In this document: in pieces, positions 61,001 through 64,000 of the stretch
Numbering within the stretch: position 1 is the first letter of the stretch
Layout of the letters: the number at the start of each line of letters is the position of its first letter
Sequence record: MW218148.1
Length of the DNA: 64,000 nucleotides
Strand: one strand, 5' to 3'
Made by a program: the position numbers and the translations under genes
Notes under the pieces: model-generated
What the model saw: only the letters and a program-made list of their open reading frames with translations
What the model was told of the DNA's origin: nothing
Database searches by the model: none

Positions 61001-63992
61001 TCAAGGACCTGAATTTAAAAACAAAGCTGTTAACTTTGAAGTGTTTGTTAATAATAAGAAAATTCCTAGTAACTATGTAACAGTATTAAATTCAAAAGCT
61101 ATTAAGATAAGTGAAATATCTGGTTATGCGTTAAATAATGTTATGATTAGATTTAACTTCTCTTATGATGAAGTTTTACAAAGAGTTATTGATAATTATA
61201 AATACAAGAATATTGATGTTAATGAAGATAGATACCATGATGACAGTATTTCTGATATTAAATCTCCTTTCGATGTACTAACTAGTAATAAGCAAGCTAA
61301 AACGTTAGGTAACTTATTATTAATACAATTGATCAATAGTGGTAAAAATATACTTGACTGTAACGTTGAAAATTTACCTATCGATGTTAATCTTAATACA
61401 AGTATGATTGAAAATAGTTATATTAGAAAGAATATCAATCTTGATATGAATAGAACTAATTTAATTAATACTATTAATAAGATTAGTGACATGGTTAATG
61501 AGATATTAGATGTTAATGATACTAACGATAACTTGATATTGAATAGTAATAATCCTTCATTATACATTTCAACAGGTAAAAATATATTGAACGACAGTCT
61601 GAATTCCAAAATGAGTCCTAACAATACAGGTTTTGGTTTAGCTACTCAAAACAAAGATCTGAGTTGGAGTATTGAAAGTGATCCTGATAAAGAAATTTCA
61701 GTATATTATTACTTAAAACATAAATCTTTCACTAATAGAACTTCTAGAGATATGGAATTAAATAAATGGTATACTATATCCATGGATATAATTACAGACA
61801 ATGATACTACGATTGAGATTGGAATAAAATCTAGAGGTATAATAAATTACTACTCACCTAATGAAAGTTACTTATATTATGATGTACAGAAAAATACTAG
61901 AAAAAGAATTCATTATATATTTAAATGGGTAGATGATCAAATATTAAATGATATACCATTTATTGTAAGAACATTTGGTAAAAATTCTAAGAATACAATT
62001 GTTACTTATGATAAAATGAAATTCTCAGAGGGTATCAATATTGATGATCCTTATACAATTGAAGAGGAAATAAAACATTACAGTGAATATCCTTTTTCTA
62101 AGAAAGACAAATATAACAGTGAATTTGAATTACGTTCTAATATCCGTGATATAAAACTTAAAAATAGTGAAATCTCCTTAGGTTTTGATTTAGATACTTC
62201 TTTATATGAACCAGATAGTATATATACATTATCTTTCTATTCTAGAAATAAAAATAAATCATACTTAAAATTCATTAATGAAAAGTTAGATATAAATGTT
62301 GATATTAGAAATGATGAATTTAAACGATATGTCAAATATGTTTATCTTTCTGATATAGATGATTTAACCAAGTCAATGAGAGAATTTGTGTTTAAATCTG
62401 ATGATAGTATTAATATGGATCTATTTGGATTTAAATTAGAAAGAGGGCTAAAAGCCACTAGATACAATCCTAACATCAAGGATTTACAAGGAAATGATTA
62501 TATAAGTAATGCTCTTAATGTAAACGTTGATAGTAATTCAAACTTGATAGAAAATAGTACTGAAACTTATGAACTTAAAGATGTTGATACTAGGTGTGTC
62601 AATCTATTAAATAATACGGATTACACTATAAATAACAACTCTAGTGCAACTCCACTATCAATGGTAGGAAAACTAGTACCAAATCAGACTTATACATTAT
62701 CATTTGACTTAAATTTAGTGAACGGTAGACCCAAAACTCAAAAACGTGTTGGTATAGAAATAAAAGTTACATTCACTGATGGTACTACTAAATTCTATGG
62801 TTCTTGGTTTAGATTTGAAGAAGAAGGAGGAGTAAACTTTAAAGGTAGAATTGAAGAAACGTTTACTGTATATTCTGAAAAAGTTCAATCTATAACTTAT
62901 GTAAAAGTATTTACAGACTTAATTGACTCTGATTTAGTTGAAATTTCTAGACCTCAGTTAGAAATTGGTAATAAAGCAACTAACTGGTCTCCTTCTTATG
63001 ACGATATTACTAATAAATATAGTAATTATATAAGTGATAAGAAAATAGGTTTAGATTTATCTAGTAAAAACTTAACAATAAACGAAGAAGAATATCCTAA
63101 TAGGAATAATTTTTCTTATCAAAGTTTAGTTCCAACTAATGAAATATTTAAAGATACTAATGAACCTATTTGGAAAATAGTTAAAGAAAATAACAGTACT
63201 CCTCCTATATCTTTCGTGAATAATTTGGGAGGAAATTCTATAACTGTAAAGAATAATGAATCTTACACATTTAGTATTTATGCTATGGTTGAAAATAATG
63301 ATAGTTCGTCATCCAATTTAATATGGTATGATATCGATGATAGAACTAGTTACTCCACTACTTTTGTAAATAAAGAAGGTATGAATAGATATTCAAGTAC
63401 ATTTACAAATACGTCAGGAGTTGATAAGCGAGTGATACCTTATTTCTATTCAGCTAAGAATACAGTTACTTACTTTAGTAGTCCTCAAATAGAAAAAGGT
63501 AAATTTATGACTTCATATAACTATAACTCTTATAGAAAAGATAAGAAATTTACTTTAGATTTACTAGAAGAGTTGAAAAATACCAATATGGAAATATCAA
63601 TTCCAACATACAATATAGATACTTACAATGTGGATAATGATAGTTTCTATACTTTCTCTATGGATGTAAAAATTAATAACATTGGAGATATATCTACTAA
63701 ATCTCTATATGGCGGTTATAAAGATAATCAAGGTAATTATACTTCATCTAAAAATGTTTTCTATATTCCTTTAGATAAGAACAAAACATCATTTAGAGCT
63801 TTCTTTATAATGTATATCAGAGATATTAATGAAATTGATTCATTTGTATTCCGTTCAGGTTATTCTAAAGAACAATCTATTAAGAATTCAATGACATTCA
63901 GTAAGTTTAAAATGGAGAAAGGTAATATTGCAACTCCTTACTCTAAACCAGCTAATAAAGAGAAAACTCTATTATTAGATCCAGAAATATAA
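58005..63992 (+). CDS. Giant tail/baseplate fibre protein with repeated carbohydrate-binding-like domains
   Basis: N-terminal beta-propeller-like region; repeated N(L/I)(L/I).NS ... YTLSF ... (K/Q)(L/I/M)E.G..AT.(Y/W).P units (CBM_4_9-like) typical of phage tail proteins. Confidence 0.7.
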   Translation: MSIKINNELYYNLRDKTRLSRVENTQELVTGSFYTFYNDLLLEIRYNNKIYVYTGYSTQGEPVLELDFLKAELDIDNIEDVFMYDNILVIISEKGYYRCFMDQLSENINNSNMEAVYSHNFYRSSEDLNYRPYSLFNDMICIKDANDKLVIKSIKDDSYTKTIVFNKNIEGFSFLYEEGLALSFYGEPYYIRVYDFEKEKYTQNFKINENINEYEYDIQHQITRIFKFKNTLYYSTRSGRIYKSQIYNKLINSISYRFYQSGSAIDYIKSYGNYITFTNRSNNILIYNTDYDRKEIVKNNYLVKSLAISNFMMVISLYDSIDEDYKKEIVETGVYPPDVKLNPVNKYVMYNPPSVDVLKEKLEYRFDDPNDPLVYINLNVKLSENKLNNFDDSQYRLKLNIVHSDDTTVIEESDVKIYKQQGTVKNMYVKVGRKSQWVDNNKLLSLLENGDLRYRFTVDNIDNYVTFYNTEYPSISNELYRHLTGTEVVLDRSPEKSHYDAISKELDIKDIFNDAEDEKVISLLSNLVNEKVIYPSSNLRIDSEDMYLDYPDYDPRRYIDFSNEYPDGQLDTNVINSDVYFNGLKLFKNDLLQKDNFDGSVNVYLNHLAMKKYMNPKNYEYTIQDRKLSKTDSFIISNKSRSLYQTEKLMIKHTVTNDYENQTSLLPTKGILLPNTRVNQFKIQNIRVYVKVYNTSENGNEYYHRLNPRNFNLWIDKEYNMLRVAVYGIQIPEGSTLMIMDNGLTNNVILYDKLNYIKRDIDSLPIVEVGPQGELLTELSRRTEDVEVIVDGLTLIPGRDFHVMNTPNDPDIPSLVAFRNVIPNTAKVEIALLNENSSDVYYFKRPAVDTTNVFVLPDDKRIFTNNIYQNDPYKDINLLKNSDEDVITKDNVVKEYELLEPLEKNTDYVLTMRAQMPVDIDYLNITSNGTTKNIVSIQSSSYDSTTKTYQVKFKLEDLGDGLNTGIVIRKTQESSRDVKIDWVKLKKESHSTRLWESYSQGPEFKNKAVNFEVFVNNKKIPSNYVTVLNSKAIKISEISGYALNNVMIRFNFSYDEVLQRVIDNYKYKNIDVNEDRYHDDSISDIKSPFDVLTSNKQAKTLGNLLLIQLINSGKNILDCNVENLPIDVNLNTSMIENSYIRKNINLDMNRTNLINTINKISDMVNEILDVNDTNDNLILNSNNPSLYISTGKNILNDSLNSKMSPNNTGFGLATQNKDLSWSIESDPDKEISVYYYLKHKSFTNRTSRDMELNKWYTISMDIITDNDTTIEIGIKSRGIINYYSPNESYLYYDVQKNTRKRIHYIFKWVDDQILNDIPFIVRTFGKNSKNTIVTYDKMKFSEGINIDDPYTIEEEIKHYSEYPFSKKDKYNSEFELRSNIRDIKLKNSEISLGFDLDTSLYEPDSIYTLSFYSRNKNKSYLKFINEKLDINVDIRNDEFKRYVKYVYLSDIDDLTKSMREFVFKSDDSINMDLFGFKLERGLKATRYNPNIKDLQGNDYISNALNVNVDSNSNLIENSTETYELKDVDTRCVNLLNNTDYTINNNSSATPLSMVGKLVPNQTYTLSFDLNLVNGRPKTQKRVGIEIKVTFTDGTTKFYGSWFRFEEEGGVNFKGRIEETFTVYSEKVQSITYVKVFTDLIDSDLVEISRPQLEIGNKATNWSPSYDDITNKYSNYISDKKIGLDLSSKNLTINEEEYPNRNNFSYQSLVPTNEIFKDTNEPIWKIVKENNSTPPISFVNNLGGNSITVKNNESYTFSIYAMVENNDSSSSNLIWYDIDDRTSYSTTFVNKEGMNRYSSTFTNTSGVDKRVIPYFYSAKNTVTYFSSPQIEKGKFMTSYNYNSYRKDKKFTLDLLEELKNTNMEISIPTYNIDTYNVDNDSFYTFSMDVKINNIGDISTKSLYGGYKDNQGNYTSSKNVFYIPLDKNKTSFRAFFIMYIRDINEIDSFVFRSGYSKEQSIKNSMTFSKFKMEKGNIATPYSKPANKEKTLLLDPEI

Positions 63993-64000
63993 TAAAATAT

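Noticed and set aside
520-61624. Short overlapping or antisense ORFs in the track (e.g. 520..864, 546..800, 2001..2255, 4517..4768, 42546..42827, 43344..43751, 46875..47204, 61418..61624)
   Set aside because: They are shadows of longer, motif-bearing genes, with hydrophobic or low-complexity composition and no SD.

Overview
A 64 kb, very AT-rich segment of a jumbo myophage of the PBS1/AR9-like branch. Evidence: two virion-type multisubunit RNA polymerase subunits (unsplit beta, beta'-C), a protein resembling the AR9 gp226 sigma-like subunit, a GroEL-like chaperonin, DnaB, SbcD, RNase HI, a 5'-3' exonuclease, dCMP deaminase, and baseplate, tube and internal-head genes. Two SH3b endolysins of staphylococcal type suggest a Staphylococcus host (inference; no database search was possible). 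Main signals beyond the ORF track: (1) an atypical tRNA with an 8-nt anticodon loop followed by about 480 nt of ORF-free, densely paired RNA with a kissing-loop pair; (2) two promoter classes, an AAATATATATTATA early motif usually followed at once by a sequence-variable hairpin, and an AACA-N6-TA late motif matching the uracil-dependent AR9 consensus; (3) a collagen fibre followed by three translationally coupled LamG modules with constant ends and variable cores; (4) a likely -1 frameshift in a tail/baseplate chaperone; (5) a shared N-terminal module on three unrelated virion proteins; (6) nested carbohydrate-binding-like domains in a 1995-aa tail protein. Functional calls come from motif recognition and recall and need HMM or structure confirmation.
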